Below, piece after piece: positions 29,597-38,853 of a stretch of DNA of 50,315 nucleotides. The stretch spans positions 1 through 50,315 of the forward strand of contig CAXGSM010000010.1 in NCBI GenBank assembly GCA_964012435.1. Direction: 5' to 3'. Within the stretch, counting starts at the first letter, position 1. Every line of letters begins with the position of its first letter. Under the pieces are notes generated by a model, which was not told where the DNA came from, did not search any database, and saw only the letters and a list, made by a program, of their open reading frames with translations. Source of the stretch: an uncultured bacterium. Lineage in GTDB: Bacteria; UBP7; UBA6624. The translations under genes and the position numbers were made by a program.

Positions 29597-32500
29597 AAAA
29601 CAAATTTCAGCTTTAAGAATTTCTATAGCAAATCCAGAAAAAATTAAAAGTTGGGGTGGTGAGGTTCTTCAGCCAGAAACTATCAACTATAGAACTGGCA
29701 GACCTGAACCAGATGGTTTATTTTGTGAAAAGATATTTGGTCCAACAATAAGTTTTGAGTGTTACTGTGGTAAATACAAAAACATAAGAAGAGACAACTT
29801 GGAATGTGAAGTCTGTGGAGTTTCAGTAACCCATAAGAGGGTAAGAAGAAGATGGATGGGAACTATCAAATTGGCTGCATCTGTTGTTCACCCTTGGTTT
29901 TTAAGCATTCAGCCTAAAAATGTATTGCAAAATGTTTTAGGCCTTTCTAAAAGAGCGACAAAGCAAATTGTTTACTATATGAAGTATGCTGTTGTTTTTC
30001 TTGACCAAACAAAAAAAAGCAATCTTTTAGACAGGGTTCCTAATGCAAAAGGTAATGCCAGATGGCAAGATCCAAAACATTTATCTAAAATTTTAAATGT
30101 TTCTGTTGCCGACCTTGATAATATTGATTTATCCATGAAGCAAAATATCATGTCTATGAGGCTGCAAGAGTACAGTGGCAGCTTGAAGGATTGGGTTGAG
30201 GCTGAAATACAACTTTTATTATCAAGAACAAACAGACCGAATTATTGGAATACCAAAAAAGCGGTTGAAGTTTTATTCGAAGACATTGGAGGTTCTCAGA
30301 TTGCAGAAGCTTTTATCGACCCAAAAAGTAATGAGTCAATATTGGAAGCTGACAGTAAGATCGATTATAGAACTATTCAAAATTTGATAAGTTCAGTAGA
30401 TCATGAGAGTTTAAAGCTCCTAAAAATCAAAGTTGGAAAAACCCAGAGAACTTTAGGGAAAATTGTTGAACAGAGAGTTTCTAAAGAGGTTTTAAAGCTT
30501 CCTTCTGGAGAAAAGGTTGATCCAAGAAATGATCAAAGTTGGAATGATTTATTTTGGAAGCTTTTAAAGGATGATAGTCCTTTCCAAACGGCAAACATTA
30601 AAGAAATACAACAATATAACGAAATTCAAGAAAGATCCATAATGTCTCAAGAACATTTGGTAAATGGTTTGGATTTGTTTTGGGGCCTTGAAGGTTATGA
30701 CCCTCTAAAAGAGGGAGATAGTGAATCTGCTTTTATGTTTTCAGGTGATCAAAAAAGAAACCTTGATAACATAAGTAGGATTATTGAAAAAAGAGGAGGC
30801 ATTCCTTCTGACCAAGTTTTTAAAATAGAAACTGGAGGTAGGGCCATCAAGGAAATGCTAAAACGCATAGACGGAAGTGGAGGAGAGGATGCTTTGGCGG
30901 CAATAGTTAAACAGCTTGATTCATCTTTGGCAAAGATGACAAAGACAAGAGCTAGAGATGTTAAGAAAAGATTAAGAGTTATGAAGCAGTTTCTCCGAAG
31001 TAGGAGATATGCTGAAATAAAGGCAAATAGACTTGAGTGGATGGTTTTTGAAACACTTCCTGTTATCCCTCCTGACTTGAGGCCTATAGTTAGTCTTGAA
31101 GGGGGAAGGCAGGCAACAAGTGATATAAATGAACTTTATCACAGGGTTGTGACAAGGAATAAAAGACTTAAAAATATGGTAAAAATTCGTGCTCCTGAGG
31201 TGATTGTTAATAATGAAAAACGTCTTTTGCAGCAGTCTGTAGATGCATTGTTTGACAATCAGAGAAGCCAAAAATCAGATAAAGATCCCAATGGTAGACC
31301 TTTTGAATCTTTAACCGATACCTTAAGAGGCAAGAAGGGTAGGTTTAGACAAAATCTTCTTGGAAAAAGAGTTGATTATTCTGCAAGGGCTGTAATTGTT
31401 GCAGGTCCTACTTTGAAGTTGTGGCAATGCGGATTGCCTAAAAAGATTGCTTTAGAGCTATATAAGCCTAAATTAAGAAATGTGCTTGAAGAAAAAGGTC
31501 TTATTGATGGTGTCAGTTCAAAAGACCCCATTTCTGAGCTTTTGCAAAAAGGAGCAAAGGAAAGAAGAAAAGTTTGGGATATATTAGCTGAGCTTATCAG
31601 CACTTCGGTCGTTATGTTAAACAGGGCTCCAACTCTACATAGGCTCGGCATACAGGCTTTTCAGCCTATTTTGACAGATGAATCTGCGATCAGGCTTCAT
31701 CCATTAGTTTGTACACCATTCAATGCTGACTTTGATGGTGATCAGATGGCTGTTCATTTACCTCTTTCTGAAGGTGCTCAGGCTGAAGCTAGACTGCTTA
31801 TGCTTTCTACTAATAATCCTTTTGTTCCCGGAACAGGCTCTCCATCTAATTTGCCTAGTCAGGATGTCATACTTGGACTTGCATATTTAACATCTAACCC
31901 TAAGCAAAAATTTGAGATTTCAAGAAATGATCTTTCAAGTGCAAAAAAATTAGAGAAAAATTTTGTAGGACATGTTTTTACTCGTAATCTGTCTTCTTCA
32001 AATTCTCCGTTTAAAAAAATAGTTAAATGTAAGTGGAGTTTTTTAGATCAAGATTCAATTAAAGATATCAGGTCAAAATGGCCTAAAGATGTTGACAAGA
32101 TCACTTTGCCAATATCAAAAATAAGAGCTTCTTTTACTTCTCCAAGTGAGGCTAGATTAGCATATGAGTCACAACGTAAAATTGATGATGAGCAAGCCAC
32201 GCCATTATCTGTTAGAGATGTTATTTTGGTTAGAAATAAAAATGGTTCTGGCTATGTTGTTACAACAGTTGGAAGGATTATATTCAACCAACTTCTTCCA
32301 AAGGAAGTTGGATTTGTTGACAAGCCCGTTTATATTAAAGAGCTTAGAGAGATAAATAATCGAATTTTGAATAATTGCCCTCAGGTTGAGGCTATAAAGA
32401 TATGTGATGCCATTAAAGACCTTGGTTTTAGGCAGTCCAGTCTTGCCGGTATATCTTTATCTGTTGATGATGTTATTATCCCCGAAAGAAAACAAAGAAT

Positions 32501-34505
32501 TATTTCACTTGCAGAAGAAGTTGAATCTTTAATTGCCACAGCTTACAATGGTGGCATTTTGACTCCTGAGTTAGCTGGAATGTGCAATCAAAGACTTAAG
32601 ACAAGTCTTACTTTTGCTGAAAAGAACCCTAGGACTAAAGGTTTAGAACTTGTTAGACCTAATGAATTAGGTAGACCAGCAAGTAAGAAAGACAACAATA
32701 ATCCTTCGGCATGGTCTGATGGCTTAAGCCCTCTTTCTGGAAAAAAATTAAAAGATAGAAGGTTCACAAAAACTGATCATGAAACCATAATTGAAGCTCT
32801 TTGGAATAGGGCGACAGAGAGGATAACAGAGCTTTTGATAGAGGCTGGAGAGCAGGCTGAAGATAATTCTTTGATGTTGATGATTAATTCTGGAGCAAGA
32901 GGAAAGATGGATCAGGTAAGACAATTAGCAGGAATGAGAGGCTTGATGGCTGATCCAACAGGTAAGCTAATCCTTTCGCCAATTAAGAGTAACTTTAAAG
33001 AAGGGTTATCAGTGCATGAGTATTTCAGTTCTACACATGGTGCTAGAAAAGGTCAAACTGATACAGCATTAAGAACTAGTAGATCTGGTTACCTAACAAG
33101 AAGACTTGTTGATATTGCCCATTCTCTTTATATCGTAGAGGAAGATTGTGGAACTATCAGAGGTGTAACAAAGAGGCCACACTATAAAACAAAGAAAGAA
33201 GAAAATGCAGCCTTAAGTCTTTTTGGTCCAAAATGGCTAGAAAAAGATGGTCCTTTTGATTGGAGTTCCTTTAAGAGAAGGATACTTCATAGATATACTG
33301 CTGAAAGGATTTACGACGAAAAAGGTAATATTTTCTGTGACGAAAGAGTTCTGATTACTGAAGACAATGTTCAAAAGATAGTTGAGTTAGTTAAAAATAG
33401 AAGCATTAAAGCAGCTAAAAAGAATTCATGGAGTAGCATATCCAAATCAGGCTTGGCGGGAGTTAAGCTTTTGTCACCAATCACTTGCAATTCTTCACGA
33501 GGCTGTTGTGCTCGTTGTTATGGATACAACAAAGCAACAGGTGCTCCTGTAAGCATGGCTGATCCTGTTGGCGTCATAGCTGCACAATCAATTGGAGAGC
33601 CTGGAACACAGTTGACAATGAGAACCTTCCATACTGGAGGTGTAGCTGGATCTGATGTTTCGGACATCACACAAGGTCTTCCTTTGGCTGAGATATTTTT
33701 TGAAGTTTACCAAAGTAGATTTAAGCCTGACCTCAAGGGAGAAGGTGCTGTTTTGAGTCCTATTTCTGGAGTTATAACAAACATCAAAGAGCTAATAGAT
33801 AGTAATAGGTATAGCTATGAAGTATCTATAGCTCCAAAAGGTTCAAAGAAAAAAAGAAAAACAAAAGCTTTAGCTGATTCTGTGAATATCCTTATTCCAA
33901 GAAATCGAGACATCAAAGTTAGGGTTGGGGATGAATTAAGCGTTGCTGATCCAATAAGTAGTGGTTTGAGAAGTCCTGTTGAGATATTATCTGCTCAAGG
34001 TATTGATTCGGCTCAGTCATATGCTTTAGACAAGATTCAAAATGTTTACAGATCTCAAGGTGTAGATATTTTTGATATTCACTTTGAAGTTATATTGAAA
34101 GAAATGTTTAGATATGTCAAGGTTATAGATGGAGGTGACTCTACGTATATGCCTGATGATAAAGTTCCAATAAATGAAATAAGATCTATTAACAAAAGGC
34201 TTGAAGCTGTTGATGGAAGAAGGATTACCTGGGAGCAAATCATGGTGGGCCTTAAGAAGGGAGCAAGCAATAGCAGTTCATTCCTTTCTGCTGCTAGTTT
34301 CCAAATGACAGCAAGCGCTCTTATGGAGGCTGCAATAGAAGGAAAGTTAGATTTCTTGAACGGCTTGAAAGAAAATGTTATAGTCGGTGAAAGAGTTCCT
34401 GTTGGTACTGGTTTTAGAAATTTTGAAGATGTTGGATATGAGGTTGAAGGTGTTCCTTTTGGAACTGGTGTGCTTGATGAAGATTTGGAAGGTCTTTCTT
34501 CTTGA
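29589..34505 (+). CDS. rpoC: RNA polymerase beta' subunit with large lineage-specific inserts
   Basis: Zn finger C.CG..C..C, NADFDGDQM, GYLTRRL, MRTFH; ATG 29589 fits the GAGGAG SD better than 29580. Confidence 0.99.
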   Translation: MSKKQISALRISIANPEKIKSWGGEVLQPETINYRTGRPEPDGLFCEKIFGPTISFECYCGKYKNIRRDNLECEVCGVSVTHKRVRRRWMGTIKLAASVVHPWFLSIQPKNVLQNVLGLSKRATKQIVYYMKYAVVFLDQTKKSNLLDRVPNAKGNARWQDPKHLSKILNVSVADLDNIDLSMKQNIMSMRLQEYSGSLKDWVEAEIQLLLSRTNRPNYWNTKKAVEVLFEDIGGSQIAEAFIDPKSNESILEADSKIDYRTIQNLISSVDHESLKLLKIKVGKTQRTLGKIVEQRVSKEVLKLPSGEKVDPRNDQSWNDLFWKLLKDDSPFQTANIKEIQQYNEIQERSIMSQEHLVNGLDLFWGLEGYDPLKEGDSESAFMFSGDQKRNLDNISRIIEKRGGIPSDQVFKIETGGRAIKEMLKRIDGSGGEDALAAIVKQLDSSLAKMTKTRARDVKKRLRVMKQFLRSRRYAEIKANRLEWMVFETLPVIPPDLRPIVSLEGGRQATSDINELYHRVVTRNKRLKNMVKIRAPEVIVNNEKRLLQQSVDALFDNQRSQKSDKDPNGRPFESLTDTLRGKKGRFRQNLLGKRVDYSARAVIVAGPTLKLWQCGLPKKIALELYKPKLRNVLEEKGLIDGVSSKDPISELLQKGAKERRKVWDILAELISTSVVMLNRAPTLHRLGIQAFQPILTDESAIRLHPLVCTPFNADFDGDQMAVHLPLSEGAQAEARLLMLSTNNPFVPGTGSPSNLPSQDVILGLAYLTSNPKQKFEISRNDLSSAKKLEKNFVGHVFTRNLSSSNSPFKKIVKCKWSFLDQDSIKDIRSKWPKDVDKITLPISKIRASFTSPSEARLAYESQRKIDDEQATPLSVRDVILVRNKNGSGYVVTTVGRIIFNQLLPKEVGFVDKPVYIKELREINNRILNNCPQVEAIKICDAIKDLGFRQSSLAGISLSVDDVIIPERKQRIISLAEEVESLIATAYNGGILTPELAGMCNQRLKTSLTFAEKNPRTKGLELVRPNELGRPASKKDNNNPSAWSDGLSPLSGKKLKDRRFTKTDHETIIEALWNRATERITELLIEAGEQAEDNSLMLMINSGARGKMDQVRQLAGMRGLMADPTGKLILSPIKSNFKEGLSVHEYFSSTHGARKGQTDTALRTSRSGYLTRRLVDIAHSLYIVEEDCGTIRGVTKRPHYKTKKEENAALSLFGPKWLEKDGPFDWSSFKRRILHRYTAERIYDEKGNIFCDERVLITEDNVQKIVELVKNRSIKAAKKNSWSSISKSGLAGVKLLSPITCNSSRGCCARCYGYNKATGAPVSMADPVGVIAAQSIGEPGTQLTMRTFHTGGVAGSDVSDITQGLPLAEIFFEVYQSRFKPDLKGEGAVLSPISGVITNIKELIDSNRYSYEVSIAPKGSKKKRKTKALADSVNILIPRNRDIKVRVGDELSVADPISSGLRSPVEILSAQGIDSAQSYALDKIQNVYRSQGVDIFDIHFEVILKEMFRYVKVIDGGDSTYMPDDKVPINEIRSINKRLEAVDGRRITWEQIMVGLKKGASNSSSFLSAASFQMTASALMEAAIEGKLDFLNGLKENVIVGERVPVGTGFRNFEDVGYEVEGVPFGTGVLDEDLEGLSS

Positions 34506-34542
34506 AGATAGATTTTTTCTGAATTAAATTTTTTTTAGTAAT

Positions 34543-35013
34543 TTAATTCCAGAATGGCCAAAATTGATTCACCAGGTAAGAGGTTCCAATACCTGTTATA
34601 ACTCCAGCTGTGACTTCAATTGGTGTATGCCCAAGTATTTCTTGCAGCTCTTGAAAATCTTTTTTAATTGTTTCTGCATCTTTTCTTTCCAATAGGTCAC
34701 CCATCAAGCTATTTATTGCTTTTGCATGCTCTCCAGTTTTTCTTCTTATACCCAATGCATCAAATATAACAAGTGTTGCCCATATTATCGCTACGCCAAA
34801 TATTGGTGATTCAAAACCATAATTAATCCCAACAGACCAAGCTCCAGCAATAGAAAAAGAAGTGTGGCCTGAAGGCATTCCTCCATAAGCAATAGAAGAT
34901 TTTTCGTTAATTTTTATTTTTTGAAGTAGCATTTTTATAATGGTTCCGAAAAGAGAACCAAAACATGCACTTGCAAAAACCTTATTTGCTAATATTTGAA
35001 CAAATATATTCAT
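34543..35013 (-). CDS. Divergent PAP2 family protein (DUF212)
   Basis: GGMPSGH, DA.GIR...G.HA..IN, L.E.LGHTP.EV.AG. Confidence 0.92.
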   Translation of the reverse strand: MNIFVQILANKVFASACFGSLFGTIIKMLLQKIKINEKSSIAYGGMPSGHTSFSIAGAWSVGINYGFESPIFGVAIIWATLVIFDALGIRRKTGEHAKAINSLMGDLLERKDAETIKKDFQELQEILGHTPIEVTAGVITGIGTSYLVNQFWPFWN

Positions 35014-35621
35014 ATTTCTTTTTTACCAAACAGGATAATCATAGTAAGAATTAAAGGTAAAAGTATTAAAAAGTTGTATTTAGTAAGAGGATCCATTCCC
35101 GGAACTATTGACCCTAAGAGGTATTTTACTTTTCCAGCAATAGAAAAAGAATCAAAAGAGTTCAGGAAGGAGATTAATGTTGGAGTCAAAGAAAAACATA
35201 AAGCTAAAGTGTTTTTTTTGAAATGTATTAATAACCCACAGATTAAAAGTCCCCATACTGATCTGAACAAAAGAAAGGATATCCATAATTCTGTATCTAA
35301 AGAACTACCTAAAAGCAATAATGCACTTCCAAAAAGTCCAGTAGCTCCTAAAGATGCAAGATGTGCAAGAAGATAAGTTACTTTGATTTCTTTATTGGAA
35401 AAATTATTATTTTTGTAAAATTTGAAAATTTTATTTTTTTTATTATTTTTGCAAAAAATAAAAAATCCAAAATCATATAAAAACATTGAAAGAATCATTA
35501 ATTTGGGATTGTTTAAAGTAGGAAGCATTGTGATTAGCCACCATATAGGCAAGTAAAGGCTGCTTGTCATCGCTGACCAGCTCCATTGTGTCGCTGTAAG
35601 TATCTTTATTAGTTTTTTCAT
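35010..35621 (-). CDS. Membrane protein, degenerate ABC-2 type permease-like
   Basis: About 6 hydrophobic segments, S.KEI...YL cytoplasmic loop, F.KKEI C-terminus; ATGA overlaps on both sides. Confidence 0.6.
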   Translation of the reverse strand: MKKLIKILTATQWSWSAMTSSLYLPIWWLITMLPTLNNPKLMILSMFLYDFGFFIFCKNNKKNKIFKFYKNNNFSNKEIKVTYLLAHLASLGATGLFGSALLLLGSSLDTELWISFLLFRSVWGLLICGLLIHFKKNTLALCFSLTPTLISFLNSFDSFSIAGKVKYLLGSIVPGMDPLTKYNFLILLPLILTMIILFGKKEI

Positions 35622-36325
35622 AGATCTATGTTTAATTTTGAAAATTTTGAAAAATTGTCAATTTCTTTTATTTTTGAAACTTCTTCTTCAAGCGTAGATA
35701 TCTTCCAACCATTATTTAATAGAGATGTTTCCCATATGAAAATACCTTTATCAAGATATTCCTGAGGTGATACTAATGTTTCAAATGTGTAAATATTGAT
35801 TTTGTTTTTTGGATTGAGTTTTTCATGAAGTGATCCAGCAGGGCTTAAGACGTGAAATTTAGATGAATTCAAGTTGTCGCGTTCTTTTGATATGTAAATT
35901 TTGTTAAATTTTGTATTTTCAATTATTTCGAATTGATTTTTAGTTAATTTTTCATGTAGCGGGATTATTAAATTTTGATTACCCCAAAAGCGATTAAGGC
36001 ATAATGTCAAAATGACTGTTTCATAAAATGTAAGTTCAAAAATTTTTTTAAATTTTATTTTTTGTATATCCTGATTCATTTCTTCGTTTTCAAAAAGTGT
36101 ATTATTGCTTAACGATATATCTGCTATTATGTTTTTTACTTTTGCATGATTGGGAAAGGGTAACGGGTATTGAATTAAGCCATTTCGACTTGGTTTTACA
36201 GCATTCAGAAGGTTTTTGAGCAACTTTTGATTTATATTTCCGATAGAAAGAATGTTGATTTTTTTTGAATCTTCAGCTTTAAAAGGCGTGAAGTTTTGAC
36301 TATATATATTTTTGGAAATTTTCAT
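35618..36325 (-). CDS. Hypothetical protein, degenerate ABC ATPase-like
   Basis: LLKNLLNAVKPSRNG.I and KKIFELT..E...L.L......NQNLII follow ABC ATPase order, but Walker A, LSGGQ and Walker B are absent. Confidence 0.55.
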   Translation of the reverse strand: MKISKNIYSQNFTPFKAEDSKKINILSIGNINQKLLKNLLNAVKPSRNGLIQYPLPFPNHAKVKNIIADISLSNNTLFENEEMNQDIQKIKFKKIFELTFYETVILTLCLNRFWGNQNLIIPLHEKLTKNQFEIIENTKFNKIYISKERDNLNSSKFHVLSPAGSLHEKLNPKNKINIYTFETLVSPQEYLDKGIFIWETSLLNNGWKISTLEEEVSKIKEIDNFSKFSKLNIDL

Positions 36326-36387
36326 TTGTTTATTATCTAGAATTCTAAATAAGTTTTTTTTATGTGTCTTCTATAATCGAAGTGACA

Positions 36388-37272
36388 ATGTCTGATTTGA
36401 AAATTACACCAAAGTCAATATACCTTAAAAGAAGGTCTTTCATCAGGAACTCTTTTTTTGGAATCTCAAGTCTTGGCTTTTCCAAACTTGCAAAATTTTC
36501 GTCTTTGGTTTCAGAAAGTGATAAACCTACATCGTATGAAGCAATTACTTCTTATAACAATTTTTATGAATTTGGCACTTCAAAAAGCGATCCTAAAAAA
36601 AATGCATCAAGACTAAGCACGAATCCATGGAGCATAGAGGTGAGTGGCTTATGTCGGTCCCCTAAAACTCTTGATATGGATGATATTTTTAAATTAAACA
36701 AAATTGAAGAAAGGATTTACAGGCTTAGATGTGTTGAGGGGTGGTCTATGGTAATCCCTTGGACAGGATTTTCATTAAGAGATTTTTTATTATCTTTTGA
36801 GCCGGAAGAGAGTGCACGTTATGTTAAGTTTGAAACTCTTTACAGGCCAGAAGAGATGATTGGACAAACAAGCAAAATTCTTGATTGGCCCTATGTTGAA
36901 GGGCTTAGGCTGGATGAAGCAATGCACCCATTATCTTTTTTATCAACTGGGATCTACGGTGAATCTTTATTGAACCAGAATGGAGCTCCTTTAAGACTAG
37001 TAATACCTTGGAAATATGGTTTTAAAAGTATTAAGTCAATTGTAAAAATAACTTTTGAAAGAGATATGCCTCTTACCTCTTGGGTTAAATCAAACCCAAG
37101 AGAGTATGGTTTTTATAGTAATGTAAATCCAGAAGTTAATCATCCCAGGTGGAGTCAAAAAACGGAAAGAAGAATTGGGGAATGGTTGAGAAGAAAAACT
37201 TTAATGTACAACGGTTATGGAGAGGAAGTTAAAGATCTTTATAAAAATATGGATTTAAAAAAATGGTTTTAG
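36388..37272 (+). CDS. msrP: Protein-methionine-sulfoxide reductase catalytic subunit
   Basis: ITPKSIY.KRR.F Tat-type start, [46 protein letters not shown] at 36372-36377 favours a start at 36382/36388 over 36364. Confidence 0.97.
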   Translation: MSDLKITPKSIYLKRRSFIRNSFFGISSLGFSKLAKFSSLVSESDKPTSYEAITSYNNFYEFGTSKSDPKKNASRLSTNPWSIEVSGLCRSPKTLDMDDIFKLNKIEERIYRLRCVEGWSMVIPWTGFSLRDFLLSFEPEESARYVKFETLYRPEEMIGQTSKILDWPYVEGLRLDEAMHPLSFLSTGIYGESLLNQNGAPLRLVIPWKYGFKSIKSIVKITFERDMPLTSWVKSNPREYGFYSNVNPEVNHPRWSQKTERRIGEWLRRKTLMYNGYGEEVKDLYKNMDLKKWF

Positions 37273-37853
37273 ACAAAAAAAAATGTCTTTTTTTTTGCTG
37301 GATCATTATTGTTTTTAGTTTTATTTATCCATTTTTAAATAACTTTTATCTCATCAATCCAGTTGAAAGCATATTGCACTATTCGGGCCAAAGTTCAATT
37401 AGATTCTTGCTTTTAACTTTAATGATTACTCCATTAATTAAATTTTTAAAGCAACCTTTTCTTATATTTGCAAGAAAGATGTTCGGCTTAACATCCTTTT
37501 TTTATGTTTTGTTGCATTTTTTGGTTTATTTATTTTTTGAAATTGAATCTTTTGGTATTTATGAAGATTTTCAGGCAAGGCCTTTCATAGCTTATGGTTT
37601 TTTTGCATTTTTTTGCTTAATTCCTCTTGCGATTACATCTAATAATAAATCCATAAAGAAAATGGGTGTTAATAATTGGAAGAATTTACATCAATTGATT
37701 TATCCAGCTTTTGCCCTTTCTGCATTTCATTATTATTTAAAATCAGTATCTAAAGAAGGGCCAAAGCTAGCTTTAACTTATTTATTTTTTGGTTTATTTT
37801 TATTGTTTTTTCGTGCCTTTAAATTAAGTTTTCGTTCTAGAATTGATGACTAG
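37263..37853 (+). CDS. msrQ: Heme-binding membrane subunit MsrQ
   Basis: NPVE...HYSG, RKMFGL..F.Y..LH, PLAITS, WKNLH.LIY, FHY. Confidence 0.93.
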   Translation: MVLDKKKCLFFCWIIIVFSFIYPFLNNFYLINPVESILHYSGQSSIRFLLLTLMITPLIKFLKQPFLIFARKMFGLTSFFYVLLHFLVYLFFEIESFGIYEDFQARPFIAYGFFAFFCLIPLAITSNNKSIKKMGVNNWKNLHQLIYPAFALSAFHYYLKSVSKEGPKLALTYLFFGLFLLFFRAFKLSFRSRIDD

Positions 37854-38404
37854 TGCAATACAAAGACAATGTAGAAAGGCTATCGGAAAAAAATAAAAAA
37901 AATAATCCATTTTCCAGTATTAGAACATCAGATATAAAACTTTTTGTTACTGACATTGATGGCACGCTTACAAATGGAAAGTTATCATATGTAGATATTG
38001 CTGACATGGGTTCAGCAATTATTAAAGAGTTCAATGTTCATGATGGGTATGCTGGCAAATTACTTTCAGAAAAAGGGATTCCAGTTGCTGTTCTTTCAGG
38101 CAGGGCAGATTCTTCAAGCCTTTCAAGGGTTAAAGATTTAGGCTGGGATGTGGTCGGTCTTGGCGTTGATGACAAATTACAAGTTCTTTCAGAGTATTTG
38201 GAGAAGAAAAAACTAAATTTTTCTCAAGTAATTTATCTTGGTGACGACCTGAATGATCTTGAGTGTATTCAGAACTCTGCTTTAGGCTTCTGTGTTGCAG
38301 ATTCACAAGACTTATTGAAGCAAAAATCTGATTTTGTTTTATCTAAAAAAGGAGGAGAGGGTGCATTGAGAGAGCTTGTTAACCTTTTTCTGAGTGTTGA
38401 ATGA
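37853..38404 (+). CDS. kdsC: KdsC-family HAD phosphatase (KDO 8-phosphate phosphatase)
   Basis: DIDGTLT.G, FNVHDG, SGR, GDDLND, GGEGALRE. Confidence 0.88.
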   Translation: MQYKDNVERLSEKNKKNNPFSSIRTSDIKLFVTDIDGTLTNGKLSYVDIADMGSAIIKEFNVHDGYAGKLLSEKGIPVAVLSGRADSSSLSRVKDLGWDVVGLGVDDKLQVLSEYLEKKKLNFSQVIYLGDDLNDLECIQNSALGFCVADSQDLLKQKSDFVLSKKGGEGALRELVNLFLSVE

Positions 38405-38853
38405 GTAAAAAGTGGTTCTTCCCTTTTGTTTTTTTAGGTGCAATTTTTGCTAATCCGGTATCTTTAACCATATCTGACCAAAACGGTAAAGCACTGGTTC
38501 AGCTTTCAGGCGAAGGCTCGCAAGATAACCTAGATGAGGCTTTGTTTCTGGAAGATATAGATATGGTTTTTTCACAAGGAGAAAAAAATTTGAACCTTAA
38601 TGCTTCTAGTGGTTTTTGGAATCGAGAAGATGATAAGTTTTTCTTGAATGATGTTTTTATGAGCTCACCTTTAGGCTTTAATCTTTCAGCAGATTCTTTA
38701 AGCTTGGATGTTCTTGAGGGTAAAGCTTATGCCGACTCTTCTTTTGAGATAGATTATGGCCATGTTTTTATATCAGGAATTGGATTAAGTATAGAGATTG
38801 ATGCTCTCTCAGGATCAATCGATAAAAGTGGGATGGTGACTTTAAGAGAATGA
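38401..38853 (+). CDS. lptC: LptC-like beta-jellyroll protein
   Basis: N-terminal hydrophobic segment, A..G.W, LSADSL, ISG.GL pattern; follows kdsC with ATGA overlap. Confidence 0.65.
   Translation: MSKKWFFPFVFLGAIFANPVSLTISDQNGKALVQLSGEGSQDNLDEALFLEDIDMVFSQGEKNLNLNASSGFWNREDDKFFLNDVFMSSPLGFNLSADSLSLDVLEGKAYADSSFEIDYGHVFISGIGLSIEIDALSGSIDKSGMVTLRE

Noticed and set aside
30000..32762. RpoC inserts as inteins or introns
   Set aside because: No Cys/Ser start with His-Asn end, no LAGLIDADG motif, reading frame continuous
34517..34554. Hairpin between rpoC and the convergent DUF212 gene as an intrinsic terminator
   Set aside because: The stem GAATTAAATT/AATTTAATTC is almost all A-T, overlaps a stop codon and has no trailing U-tract; too weak to call
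34996..35376. 126-aa Lys-rich plus ORF
   Set aside because: Antisense to the membrane gene that is ATGA-coupled on both sides; Lys richness mirrors TTT codons
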